From contig JAADHN010000077.1 of the NCBI GenBank assembly GCA_013151865.1, positions 392 to 64,391 on the forward strand: a stretch of 64,000 nt of DNA, given 5' to 3'. This document shows positions 1 to 8,889 of this stretch, piece after piece (within the stretch, counting starts at the first letter, position 1; each line of letters opens with the position of its first letter). The translations under genes were made by a program, and so were the position numbers. This DNA comes from Kiritimatiellota bacterium. GTDB taxonomy: Bacteria > Verrucomicrobiota > Lentisphaeria > Oligosphaerales > JAADHN01. The notes beneath the pieces were generated by a model that searched no databases, was not told the DNA's origin, and worked only from the letters and a program-made list of their open reading frames with translations.

Positions 1-91
1 AGGACGGGCCGGTAATATCCCCCCCATCTGCGTGTATCCGTGTGCATCCGCGGTTGAAGAGTCCGGAGAGGAACCGCAGATGAACGCAGAT
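1..91. repeat. REP-like imperfect-palindromic repeat unit, copy 1 (left end cut by window edge)
   Basis: 1-91 aligns with 153-246 with only a few substitutions and one 2-nt indel. The unit carries inverted arms (atctgcgt..catccgcgg / ccgcagatg..acgcagat) around a ~20-nt loop. Confidence 0.8.
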
Positions 92-111
92 GAACGCGGA
101 TGGGAAGAAGA

Positions 112-158
112 AGATGGAACAGGAGGACGCGGATAAGAAAAGATGGAACAGGAGGACG
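112..158. repeat. short direct repeat agatggaacaggaggacg x2 (period 29 nt) between the large repeat units
   Basis: Identical 18-mers at 112-129 and 141-158; the second runs into copy 2 of the large unit. Confidence 0.75.
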
Positions 159-246
159 GGGCGGTAATATCCCTCCCCATATCTGCGTGCATCCGTGTCC
201 ATCCGCGGTTGAAGAGTCCGGAGAGGAACCGCAGATGAACGCAGAT
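153..246. repeat. REP-like imperfect-palindromic repeat unit, copy 2 (complete)
   Basis: Near-identical to 1-91. It has the 5' arm atctgcgtgcatccgtgtccatccgcgg, the loop ttgaagagtccggagaggaa and the 3' arm ccgcagatgaacgcagat. Confidence 0.8.
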
Positions 247-294
247 AAGAAAGAAGAGGTTTGGCAGATGATTGGCTTCCCGCTCTCCCCCTCC

Positions 295-327
295 TATCCG
301 CGTGAATCCGTGTCCATCCGCGGTTGA
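295..327. repeat. partial third copy (5' arm only) of the REP-like unit
   Basis: atccgcgtgaatccgtgtccatccgcggttgaa matches 181-213 of copy 2. The 3' arm is absent. The copy ends at the aaggag Shine-Dalgarno of the next gene. Confidence 0.7.
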
Positions 328-338
328 AAAGGAGTTCC

Positions 339-1514
339 ATGGTCATGCAAATGAATCCAGCGGTTCGGCTGGCAGCAATGCTGTTTTCGGCGTTCTTTTG
401 GGTGGCGACCGGGACGGCCGGGCCGGTCACGGCCCGGGATTCGGGTGTCCGGAAGGTGCACAACGGCTGGATCGCGGGGCACAAGGACCACACTTGGCAG
501 GATCAACAGATCACCCTGAGTTCGGACGCTATCTCCTACGGCATCAAGTACCGCGCCTGCGTCGACCCGTCGCATCCGGGCGTGTGGGTGTGCGACGAGG
601 GATTCATCGGCATGCCGCGGCCCAACGTGGCGAACTGGTATCACACGGGGTTCTACCACATCGAGATCGGCGGGAAACAGTTGGGCAGCCACCCGCTGAC
701 GGCGATGGGGATCACGGAAAGCGGGGAGCGCGGTGCGTTCCACATGGTGTGGGACACGCCCGAGTATGTGGCCCGCCTGCAGTTCCTTTTGCCGCCGGGC
801 TCCGACCATCTTTTGACGCGTCTTTCCTGGCGTCCCAAGCCGGGCCGTACGGTGGGGCCGGTCAAGGTGCGTTTCACCTGCTACCCGAGTTTCTTCACCA
901 CGGCCCACAATCGCCAGGGGGATCGCACCCTGACCACTCCGCGCACGACCGTTCATGAGGTCACGACCGAGGAATTGGCGCCGGCCGAGGATACGTACCT
1001 GCTTTACACCGACGGTGTGTTCGACGTGGCAAAAGGCGAAGGCAGCGGACCGTGCGCCATGCTCTTTCTCCCCGAACAGATTGCTTCCGGGCGCGTGCAG
1101 TTGGGCGGCTACGCCGTGCAGACGAAACTCGAGGCCGGGCCGGACGCCCATGAACTGCGCTTCGCTTTCTGGGACCTGACCGGTAAGACGAATGCCGAGG
1201 CGCAGGCACTCATGAAAGCGAGTGCCGACCAGGCCCGGGAGGAGTTGCGCGCCGCTGTCTTTTCGCCCTTGAGTCTGGCCCGGTTTTCTCCGGAGGCCGC
1301 GACTGCCGAGATTGGAGAACTGCTCGCCGCCGCCCGCGACGACGGCACACGACTGCGCCCCGGGATGGAGAAGCTTCTGCGGACGCTGAGCGGCTTGAAA
1401 GCCCGGGCGGGGCAGGGCGATTGGCAGGCCGATGCGGAGTTCGCAAAACAGGTTCGTGAGTACGAGGCACTGGTCTGGAAGCTCAAGATCTTCGCCTTGC
1501 TCAACCGGCCATGA
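339..1514 (+). CDS. secreted hypothetical protein (no family recognised)
   Basis: ATG at 339 lies 5 nt after aaggag (the ORF-track start at 324 is TTG). There is a signal-like segment AVRLAAMLFSAFFWVATGTAG. The opposite-strand ORF 294..1580 is Arg-rich low complexity. Confidence 0.6.
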   Translation: MVMQMNPAVRLAAMLFSAFFWVATGTAGPVTARDSGVRKVHNGWIAGHKDHTWQDQQITLSSDAISYGIKYRACVDPSHPGVWVCDEGFIGMPRPNVANWYHTGFYHIEIGGKQLGSHPLTAMGITESGERGAFHMVWDTPEYVARLQFLLPPGSDHLLTRLSWRPKPGRTVGPVKVRFTCYPSFFTTAHNRQGDRTLTTPRTTVHEVTTEELAPAEDTYLLYTDGVFDVAKGEGSGPCAMLFLPEQIASGRVQLGGYAVQTKLEAGPDAHELRFAFWDLTGKTNAEAQALMKASADQAREELRAAVFSPLSLARFSPEAATAEIGELLAAARDDGTRLRPGMEKLLRTLSGLKARAGQGDWQADAEFAKQVREYEALVWKLKIFALLNRP

Positions 1515-1607
1515 GCGCCTGTAACGGGTGCGCTGAAATGCCTCACGCTTCACGACTCGGTCGTGGCCGAGAAAAAGCACTGGCCCCCGCCGGTTCCAAG
1601 CACTGCG

Positions 1608-4016
1608 TCAGCGGACGGGAAGGCGCAGTCGCTTCGTGCAATTGTCCTTGGTGACGACCAGATCGACCATGCCGCCCGGATCGGGCGACACCTCGACCGA
1701 ACCGGAACCCGACGCAACGATCTGCGGATCGGCCCCGACGCGCACTCGGGCCCCCGACTCGCTCCAGGATTCCAATCGAATCACCCCGCTCCTCTTGTCG
1801 ACCCGAACGCGGAACAAGCCCAGAGGCGGCTTGCGCAGCCATTCGATGGCGTTCCCGAGGAATGTTCGCATCCTCTCGTATTTTCTCGGTTCGGTGCACT
1901 GTTTCATAATCTGGCGTTCGCTGATCTGGGCCGCGAAATAGTCGACGATCTCGCGACTGTCGATGTCTTTTACACCGAGTTTTTGCGCCGCGCCCTCAAG
2001 GGCACGGCGGAAGAGTGTGAGGTAATCGTAATCCTCGAGGCCCTCTCTCAGCATCTCGAACCGCACGGTCGATAGGAAGGCGTTCCGTCCGGGGTCCTCG
2101 AACACCCAGGCGCTGCCGTAATCGTGGGCACGCATCGATTTGGCCGGCGGACCGATGCACCATTGATAGATCCGGTCGATATCGCACCTAAACGCCCACC
2201 ACGGGAATCCCCGAACCAATTCCGGCCGTCGCGTCACATCGAATGTTTGAAGTGGGTTATACACAGTGACAAGGGCGCCTCGCCGCCGCAGCAGTTCACG
2301 CGTTGTCGGATCCCACCCGGCCCCGATGGGTTCCTCGATGTAACCGGCCAATTCTCCGTCGGCAGCGGCGCGTCCCACGCCGTAAGCCGAGGGCCGATAG
2401 TGCGGACTTGCCTGCTTGAGCAAAGTTGCCAATTCCCGGAGTTGCGCGTAATGCTTTGGGTATGGCTCATCGAAGAGGTTATGATTGAAGCGGTCCAAGA
2501 CGTCTTTCTGCTCGAGATGTTCGGCGAGCGTCCGCATGGCGTTGACGAACTTACGGCGAAATTCGTCGCTGATATGCCCGGCGTCGATCGGACCGAATGA
2601 CTGCACATACCTGCGGCCGTGGCCCCAGGCGACATACGCGAACGGCAACTGGAACAGTCCCATGCCCAGATCGGTGGCATAGCCCAGTTCCGCATCGAAA
2701 GCAGTGAAGTCGAAAACCGGCGTGTCGCCATCGAAACGCAGACCCGGCGTTGCCAAGTGGCGAACGGAAAGCCGGTGTCGGGCGATATCCCGGAGCCACC
2801 GCCGGCGTTCCGCCGGTCTGACGCGTCGCCCTGGGCGCGGTATGCCCACCGAAAACGGCAAGGACGGCTCGTGCGGCAGGTCGAAATCGAACACATCGAC
2901 GCGGAAAGGGACGCGCAACATGTCTCGCCGGCCTTTTCCGCTCACCAGCAGATTTCCTTTCAGGGGCCGGCGCCGGCTGCCCGGCGGCATATACACGCTC
3001 AACCACACCATCTTGCTTGTGCCGGAGGACAAGACAAACGGTCGGGCCGGGACGAGCACGTCGTAATACCGGGCACCGAGGTACTGGAACGGCTCCACAG
3101 TGAGCAGCTTGAGATCGTAAGTCTTCGCGGTGTCGGCTCCCCCAGTCTGGACCTGCAGAGAGACCTCCCCGAGGTCGGGCCTCAGGGCGCTGAGGAAGAT
3201 CGGCAGGATGCCGGTCTCATTGCCGGCCAGCCGAAGTCGCAGACGCCCTGTGGGCCAAGTGCGCGCCGCGTCGGCGTCCACCGCATGTTGTGCGGTGATC
3301 CGCGTGGGGATGGGCGCCGTCCAGGCCAGGAGACTCAGCGTTTGCGCCAGGCGCTCGCCTGTCGCCGCCGGCGACAGGTAGAGCGGTGGCTGCGAGACCA
3401 GGCTGAAAGACGCGTCGTCCAGCAGCAACGGCCCGGGACCCCACAACCGAAAAAGGACGGTCACGGACAGTCCGGGAAACGCCGGCAGTTTGTGGGTGTA
3501 TTCGACACGCACCCACCCCTCGCTGTCCGACACTGTGAAATGCTCGCTGCGGAAGCCTCCGAGGTATTCTCCGGTCGATGTGGAAACTTCGAACTTGACG
3601 TTGACGTTCCGCGTCCCTGCCGGCGACCGCATGTGGATCACGGTCCGATAGGACGCGCCGCCCTGAACGCGGTCGATCTTTTGAATCAGACGTCCATCGG
3701 TTTTCGGCCAGTCGGGATTCGCCAGGCGCAAAGCACGCTCTCCGGAACGCGCCTGCTCCGTGCTCGTCACGGCGGCGACTCCGACGGTCTTCCACACCGC
3801 GAGGCTTCCGTCGGCTTTGATCTGTTCAAGACCGGGGTTCGCAAAGCGGTTTTGACCGACCCGGCTGTCGTCCACGGCCACACGCTTGTCGGGAGCGTAG
3901 TCCCGGAGTGTCTCGAATATGGGTGGAGTACCGCTGGAGTAAGCGACAAAGGCAATCGCCGTCGCGGAGAGCGCCAGCGCGACCAAGCCCGGACAAGCGT
4001 CATTCGTGGGAACCAT
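1608..4016 (-). CDS. anchored/secreted glycoside hydrolase, DUF4091 / GH123-like, with N-terminal CBM-like module
   Basis: ATG at 4016 gives the hydrophobic anchor GLVALALSATAIAFVAY. A CBM4/9-style segment reads NPGLEQIKADGSLAVWK..GERALRL. FDEPYPKHY and the C-terminal RFEMLREGLEDYDYLTLF resemble DUF4091. Confidence 0.6.
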   Translation of the reverse strand: MVPTNDACPGLVALALSATAIAFVAYSSGTPPIFETLRDYAPDKRVAVDDSRVGQNRFANPGLEQIKADGSLAVWKTVGVAAVTSTEQARSGERALRLANPDWPKTDGRLIQKIDRVQGGASYRTVIHMRSPAGTRNVNVKFEVSTSTGEYLGGFRSEHFTVSDSEGWVRVEYTHKLPAFPGLSVTVLFRLWGPGPLLLDDASFSLVSQPPLYLSPAATGERLAQTLSLLAWTAPIPTRITAQHAVDADAARTWPTGRLRLRLAGNETGILPIFLSALRPDLGEVSLQVQTGGADTAKTYDLKLLTVEPFQYLGARYYDVLVPARPFVLSSGTSKMVWLSVYMPPGSRRRPLKGNLLVSGKGRRDMLRVPFRVDVFDFDLPHEPSLPFSVGIPRPGRRVRPAERRRWLRDIARHRLSVRHLATPGLRFDGDTPVFDFTAFDAELGYATDLGMGLFQLPFAYVAWGHGRRYVQSFGPIDAGHISDEFRRKFVNAMRTLAEHLEQKDVLDRFNHNLFDEPYPKHYAQLRELATLLKQASPHYRPSAYGVGRAAADGELAGYIEEPIGAGWDPTTRELLRRRGALVTVYNPLQTFDVTRRPELVRGFPWWAFRCDIDRIYQWCIGPPAKSMRAHDYGSAWVFEDPGRNAFLSTVRFEMLREGLEDYDYLTLFRRALEGAAQKLGVKDIDSREIVDYFAAQISERQIMKQCTEPRKYERMRTFLGNAIEWLRKPPLGLFRVRVDKRSGVIRLESWSESGARVRVGADPQIVASGSGSVEVSPDPGGMVDLVVTKDNCTKRLRLPVR

Positions 4017-4200
4017 CGAGCGCCCTTCCCTTTTTCGACCGTGCCCCCTCTTTCTCCGTGATGCCGTATTGCCGCCCGCTGTTTTGGGACTGTCCGGGAC
4101 GGTGTGGTCCTTCGGTGTGGATGACGCCGCGCCGAGGCGGCAGTACACAGGCGTCGCAAAAGGCAGCCATCCATCTTTTTCGGCGCTCGGCCGGGTGGTT

Positions 4201-5601
4201 TCAACCGTACAGGCTCACGCGTTGGATCGCCGGGCAAGCGCGGGCATCGAGGATGACGATGCGGACTTCGCGGGCCGTTACGGATCTGGGCAGGCGGAGA
4301 ATGCGTTGCCTCCCGACGGTCGTCGCTTGCGCAACCGTTTCCCAGGCGAATGCGCCGTTTCCGCGAACTTGGACCGCCCAACGGCGGACCCTTTGACCCA
4401 ACGGAATGAACTCCCGTACCAAGACCTTGTCGAACGAAGTTTCGCGTCCGAAATCGAAGACCAGTGCCGCGTGCGTGACGCCGTCGTTCGCCGCCCAAAA
4501 GGTGGCGGGATCGTTGTCCGCGACGTTTGCCGGAGCATACAAAGCGGCGTTGCCTCGGGTGTTGTCGGCCGAAACGGCGGCGCCGGGCGCGAGGTCGCGG
4601 GCAAACGCGGCATCGAGTTCGCGACGGAAGGCACGCAGCTGTTCGACGTCACTCTCGTGGATGCGTCCACGCGGGTCCGGCGGCAGGTTGAGGTTCAGGC
4701 AGGCGTTTCGTCCCACGGATTGATAGTAGATATCGAGTAGGGCCCGGGCCGCTTTGACCTCATCGTTCTCCTTGGCGTGATAGAACCAGCCGGGCCGAAT
4801 GGAGACGTCCACTTCGGACGGGGCCCAGTGAGGGCCGCCTTCCAGGCCGTTCAACAGAATCTCCCGGTTCGCGTCGCCCGGCACGAATTCGCCGGTATCG
4901 ACCGTGCACCAATTGGTCTCACCGCCTTCGCCGCGCTCATTGCCGCACCAGCGTACATCCGGACCAGCATCGCTGAAAATGACGGCATCGGGCTGCAGTT
5001 CACGGACCAGGGCCCACGTGTTTTCCCAATCGTAGTAGGTGAACTTGTCGATGGTACGGGTCTCGCGGGCGCCGCCGTAGTAGCCGTCACCGCCGTTGGC
5101 GCCGTCGAACCAGACCTCGAACAATGGCCCGTATTCCCTGAGCAGCTCCCGCAACTGGTTGCGGTAATATTCGATGTAGGCCGGCGTGCCGTACGCGGGG
5201 TGGTTGCGGTCCCACGGCGAGAGGTAGACCCCGAACAGCAGGCCATGGCGGGCGCAGGCATCGGACAGCTCGCGGACCACGTCCCCCTTGCCGTTTCGCC
5301 AGGGGCTGTTCCTCACGGAATGCTCGGTGTGGCGGGACGGCCACAGGCAGAACCCATCGTGATGTTTGGCGGTCAGAATCAGGCCCCGCATTCCCGCTTC
5401 GACCGCCACGGACGCGATCTGGTCCGCATCGAAATCGGTGGGATTGAATACCTCGGGCGATTCATCGCCGAAGCCCCATTCCTTGTCCGTGAACGTATTG
5501 ACCGTGAAATGCACGAACCCGTAGAACTCGAGGTCGTGCCAGCGCCACTGCCGTTTGGATGGTATGGGCCCACAAGGGACGGGTGGAAAAGGGTGTTCCA
5601 T
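4201..5601 (-). CDS. alpha-L-fucosidase (GH29) with C-terminal F5/8 type C (discoidin)-like domain
   Basis: GH29 motifs are present: HFTVNTFTDKEWGFG, LTAKHHDGFCLWPS, FGVYLSPWDRNHP, EVWFDGANG. The ATG at 5601 is preferred over the TTG at 5622. No signal peptide is visible. Confidence 0.85.
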   Translation of the reverse strand: MEHPFPPVPCGPIPSKRQWRWHDLEFYGFVHFTVNTFTDKEWGFGDESPEVFNPTDFDADQIASVAVEAGMRGLILTAKHHDGFCLWPSRHTEHSVRNSPWRNGKGDVVRELSDACARHGLLFGVYLSPWDRNHPAYGTPAYIEYYRNQLRELLREYGPLFEVWFDGANGGDGYYGGARETRTIDKFTYYDWENTWALVRELQPDAVIFSDAGPDVRWCGNERGEGGETNWCTVDTGEFVPGDANREILLNGLEGGPHWAPSEVDVSIRPGWFYHAKENDEVKAARALLDIYYQSVGRNACLNLNLPPDPRGRIHESDVEQLRAFRRELDAAFARDLAPGAAVSADNTRGNAALYAPANVADNDPATFWAANDGVTHAALVFDFGRETSFDKVLVREFIPLGQRVRRWAVQVRGNGAFAWETVAQATTVGRQRILRLPRSVTAREVRIVILDARACPAIQRVSLYG

Positions 5602-5659
5602 GATGCACGTGTTCCTTGACAATAGACGCGGCGTCTCGCCGTGTGTGTTCGTTCATTTT

Positions 5660-5748
5660 CAAGCGGCAAGATGCCGCTTCTACTCTGGGCGTCCATCCCG
5701 ACGCGTTTCGTGTTTCGTGTCAAGCGGTGAAACGGCGCTTCTACTCTG
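5660..5748. repeat. 61-nt-period direct duplication of a 28-nt hairpin element (5660-5687 and 5721-5748)
   Basis: caagcggcaagatgccgcttctactctg vs caagcggtgaaacggcgcttctactctg match at 23/28. Copy 1 forms a perfect 8-bp stem (aagcggca/tgccgctt). Copy 2 includes the TAG stop of the 5741..8554 gene. Confidence 0.7.
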
Positions 5749-8554
5749 TGATAAGGCGGCAGCGGCCGTCTTCCAACTTGCGAATGCGGGCGGGGCGCCC
5801 ATTGAGCGTGGCTTGGCGGACCATTCGGGTCGTGGTCAGGGCCGGGGCGTCGGCCAAGGGCGCGTGGGGGGTCGTGTCGTACGCCACCCGGGCGCTGAGG
5901 CTGTCCCCGGTCCAGCGGACCTCTACCGTGCCCGGACGGTCGAGCCGGACGATTATCTTGTGGTCGAAGGCCGCGAACGAGCCGCCCTTCAGGAAGAACG
6001 CGGCGGGTCGGCCTTCGGTGTCGAGCCCGATCACGGCCAGTTCCGCGTCGGTTGTCAGCCGAGGTTCCTTCCCGGCCTTGGCATTCCCGCCGAAAACCAC
6101 GAACCAACGCCGGTCTCCCAGCGTCACGTCGAGGGCTTCGGGACCGGACGCGCGAAGGCGCGGGGTAAGCGCTTTTCTTGCAGACTCCGCGGGCAAGTCG
6201 GCCGAGACGTGGGCGTCGTCGAACCAACCGGTCCCCGGCGCAAAGAACTCGAGGGCCAGCGAGACTTGTTCAGTGCCTTTCGGGACGACTTCTTCCATCG
6301 TATGCTGCCGCCAGTCCGTATGAGCGAAGGGCCCCACCCGTTTGTGGGCGAAGGCTTTTCCCCCGCGCCAGAAGTAGAGGGTCATCGTGGCGCCTTTGCC
6401 CGAGGGAAGATCGGTGGTTCGCACCTTGACGCTCGCGACGATTTTCGTGCCGGGCGCGAGGCTGAAACGTTCGCTGTAGTAGTAGCCGCTGCGTTCGATG
6501 CGGGCGCACTTCTCGCCTTCGGCCGGATGCTCGGAGACGATTCGGTGATTGGGCCTGTCCTCGTTGGCGCGGGGTCGCCAGCCGGCCATGCCGCGCTCGA
6601 ACCCGCCGTTCCCGAGGAATTGGGGGGTCGGGTCGAGCCGGGGATACAGGAACGTCGTAAACTCGGTTTCCCGGACCGGTTCGGTCTCGACTCTCAAATA
6701 CGGCCCGTACCGTTCGGCGCCGGGACAGGTTTCGACCCGGAGGGTGGTTGGGGTCGATGCCAGGATGCGTCCGTAAACCTGCCCGGTCGTCCGGCTCACG
6801 ATGAAGTGGTCGTCGAACGATTCGATCGTCCCCAGTCCGTCGGTATGCAACAGGAAACTGTAGGCGTGCGGATCGGGGGCAACCAAGCGGTCGTGGACGA
6901 CGAAGAATAGGGGTTTGACGAAAACGATGCTGCGTTCGAAGCGGTCGAGGACCGAGCGTCTTGCGCTATTGTAGGCCTCGGCGGCCTGTCCCTTGACGTA
7001 ATCGAACCAGGCACCGGGAAAGAACTCGACGATCCGGCCGCCGGTGCGGCGTACCTGGTCATGTCCCGGGTCGGGTACGCGGGTTCGTTCGAGATAGGCG
7101 CGGTCGACATCGAGCACCACGGTGCAGTGCCCGAGGCTGCCGAGGCTGAACTTGCGCTCGTGGGGGTCGTACCGGGAGTGGTAGCCCCGGTCCGGAACGA
7201 TCCATTGGCCGCCGTAGCTGATGACAAAGGCGTTTTGGTCGAAATGGTTGTGGCCGATGTTATTCGTGTAGGGGCCGCTCTTGAAGAACAGCGTCGGGGC
7301 CGTGCGGTCGTATCCGTTTCGGAGGGAAGCGTATCCAATGTCGACGAATGCCGACGAGGGGTTCCAGGCCGGTTGGCGGGGGGTCAACCCGGCGGCGTCG
7401 AAGCGGATGAAATCGTAGATGCCGCGGATGTCGAGCGCCCCGATCTGCTGTAGGTACCACGCCGCCTCCGGGCTGCCGCGCAGAGCCAGAATCTCCATCA
7501 TCTCGGGGTAGCCCGCGGTGGGACTTCCATCGCCGAAGCAGGGGATTTGCCGGGTATCCGGCGCCAGGAGGCCGACACAGTATCGGACCATGGTGGAGAG
7601 ATAGGGGTGCTCGAACAAATCGTGCGGTATACGGGCCGCCTCCAGGCCGTCGAGGGCTTTGGCGAGCGAATCGAGCAGGTAGGTGCCGTACATGGGGCCC
7701 TCGAATGCTCCGCCGTCTTTGCCGCCGCGGTCCAGGGACGTCCGAAACTTTTCGATGCACTCCCGGAGCCACGAGTCGGCTTCGGGCATTTCCGGTCGGA
7801 GGGCGATGGCGCCGAGTGTCGCTCCGGAGAGAATGACGGCGTATCCGTTGGTGTCGGGGGGATATTTATCGATACCGGCCAGGCAGGCCCTGACGCCCTT
7901 GGTCGCGAGAGCGTTTCGGATCCGCTGTTTTTCCGCCTCGGTCAGTTTTGGGAAGCACCAGTCGTAGAACATGGCCATGGCGTAGGTGCAGTGACCGGTA
8001 TCGAGACAGGCTTTCAGGCGTCCCGCGCCCCAACTCGGGTCGGTCCAGTAGCGCCATTTGGAAAGGTGCAAAGCAATGGTTTTGGCCCGCTGGAAATAAG
8101 CGTCCTTGCCCGTGAGCAGGAAGGCGAAACTCAGGTGAGTCAACCGCGTGGTGATCGAATCCGAGCGTTCCTGGAACATGGCAGTCCACGGCGGATAGTA
8201 CGGCGTGTCGTCGTGTCGGGGCGGGGTTTCGTCCGACAGCGTGTAGGCCCACACGCCGGCATGTTTGCGATTCGGCAGAGGGATGTCGACCGAGTAACTG
8301 TAGGTCGGGGCGCGGACGAACCGGTCGGCCTTGGCCCGGATCTTGAGCCAGGCGTCCCGGGTATTGAAACCGAACCGGTTCTTGCTCCCATCGGCGGCTT
8401 TCCGGCGCAGACCGGCGAGGGTGGTTTCATTCACGAGTACGCACGGATGCGCGGTCACGCCTTTCATTCGCCTCCCCTCTTTTTCTGTCGCAGTCGCAAC
8501 GCACGCCGCGGCAGCGGCAACCCAAGCGAAGCGCAACGCGAATCTTTCTGGCAT
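5741..8554 (-). CDS. heparinase II/III-like polysaccharide lyase with C-terminal CBM-like tail
   Basis: ATG at 8554 follows aaggag. The signal peptide is MPERFALRFAWVAAAAACVATA. NHFDQNAFVISYGGQWIVPDRGY is typical of heparinase II/III-like domains. The CBM-style tail begins NGGFERGMAGW. Confidence 0.75.
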   Translation of the reverse strand: MPERFALRFAWVAAAAACVATATEKEGRRMKGVTAHPCVLVNETTLAGLRRKAADGSKNRFGFNTRDAWLKIRAKADRFVRAPTYSYSVDIPLPNRKHAGVWAYTLSDETPPRHDDTPYYPPWTAMFQERSDSITTRLTHLSFAFLLTGKDAYFQRAKTIALHLSKWRYWTDPSWGAGRLKACLDTGHCTYAMAMFYDWCFPKLTEAEKQRIRNALATKGVRACLAGIDKYPPDTNGYAVILSGATLGAIALRPEMPEADSWLRECIEKFRTSLDRGGKDGGAFEGPMYGTYLLDSLAKALDGLEAARIPHDLFEHPYLSTMVRYCVGLLAPDTRQIPCFGDGSPTAGYPEMMEILALRGSPEAAWYLQQIGALDIRGIYDFIRFDAAGLTPRQPAWNPSSAFVDIGYASLRNGYDRTAPTLFFKSGPYTNNIGHNHFDQNAFVISYGGQWIVPDRGYHSRYDPHERKFSLGSLGHCTVVLDVDRAYLERTRVPDPGHDQVRRTGGRIVEFFPGAWFDYVKGQAAEAYNSARRSVLDRFERSIVFVKPLFFVVHDRLVAPDPHAYSFLLHTDGLGTIESFDDHFIVSRTTGQVYGRILASTPTTLRVETCPGAERYGPYLRVETEPVRETEFTTFLYPRLDPTPQFLGNGGFERGMAGWRPRANEDRPNHRIVSEHPAEGEKCARIERSGYYYSERFSLAPGTKIVASVKVRTTDLPSGKGATMTLYFWRGGKAFAHKRVGPFAHTDWRQHTMEEVVPKGTEQVSLALEFFAPGTGWFDDAHVSADLPAESARKALTPRLRASGPEALDVTLGDRRWFVVFGGNAKAGKEPRLTTDAELAVIGLDTEGRPAAFFLKGGSFAAFDHKIIVRLDRPGTVEVRWTGDSLSARVAYDTTPHAPLADAPALTTTRMVRQATLNGRPARIRKLEDGRCRLITE

Positions 8555-8889
8555 CGGTTTACTCCTTGCCGAAACTCGTCGAGACGCGCGGGTGGCGCAC
8601 GCGCATAGGTTGACTTGCGATCACCGGCGCTCAGCTCGTCGGGAGAGTCACCCAGCCCTTCCGTCCAGTGGGATTGTCTTCCAGACGGAATCGCCCGGAT
8701 CGGACGCTCAACCAAGGCCCTTGCAGAACCTCGAGCGGGCGAGTTACGGAGTTCCGCCGACATTGCCCCCCACGATCGACAGGTCGGGAATCGGGGGTCC
8801 GGGCAGGTTCAAGATAGCGTCGTCCGGCGGGAGAGTCAATTCAGGGGATTTCACCCGGGTTTTCCCGGCATCGCGGAATGGGATCCTGC

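Noticed and set aside
1-330. The repeat cluster as a CRISPR array
   Set aside because: There are only two full copies plus a half copy. The units are ~92 nt (too long) and internally palindromic with a bulge. The 'spacer' is itself a short tandem repeat. No cas genes are in the window.
100-958. ORFs 100..327 and 272..958 (ICVHPCPSAVEESGEEPQMNADKKEE.. / ..IRVNPCPSAVEKE..) as small protein genes
   Set aside because: Their 'conserved' peptide is just the translation of the REP-like DNA repeat. The second ORF also runs out of frame through the better-supported 339..1514 gene.
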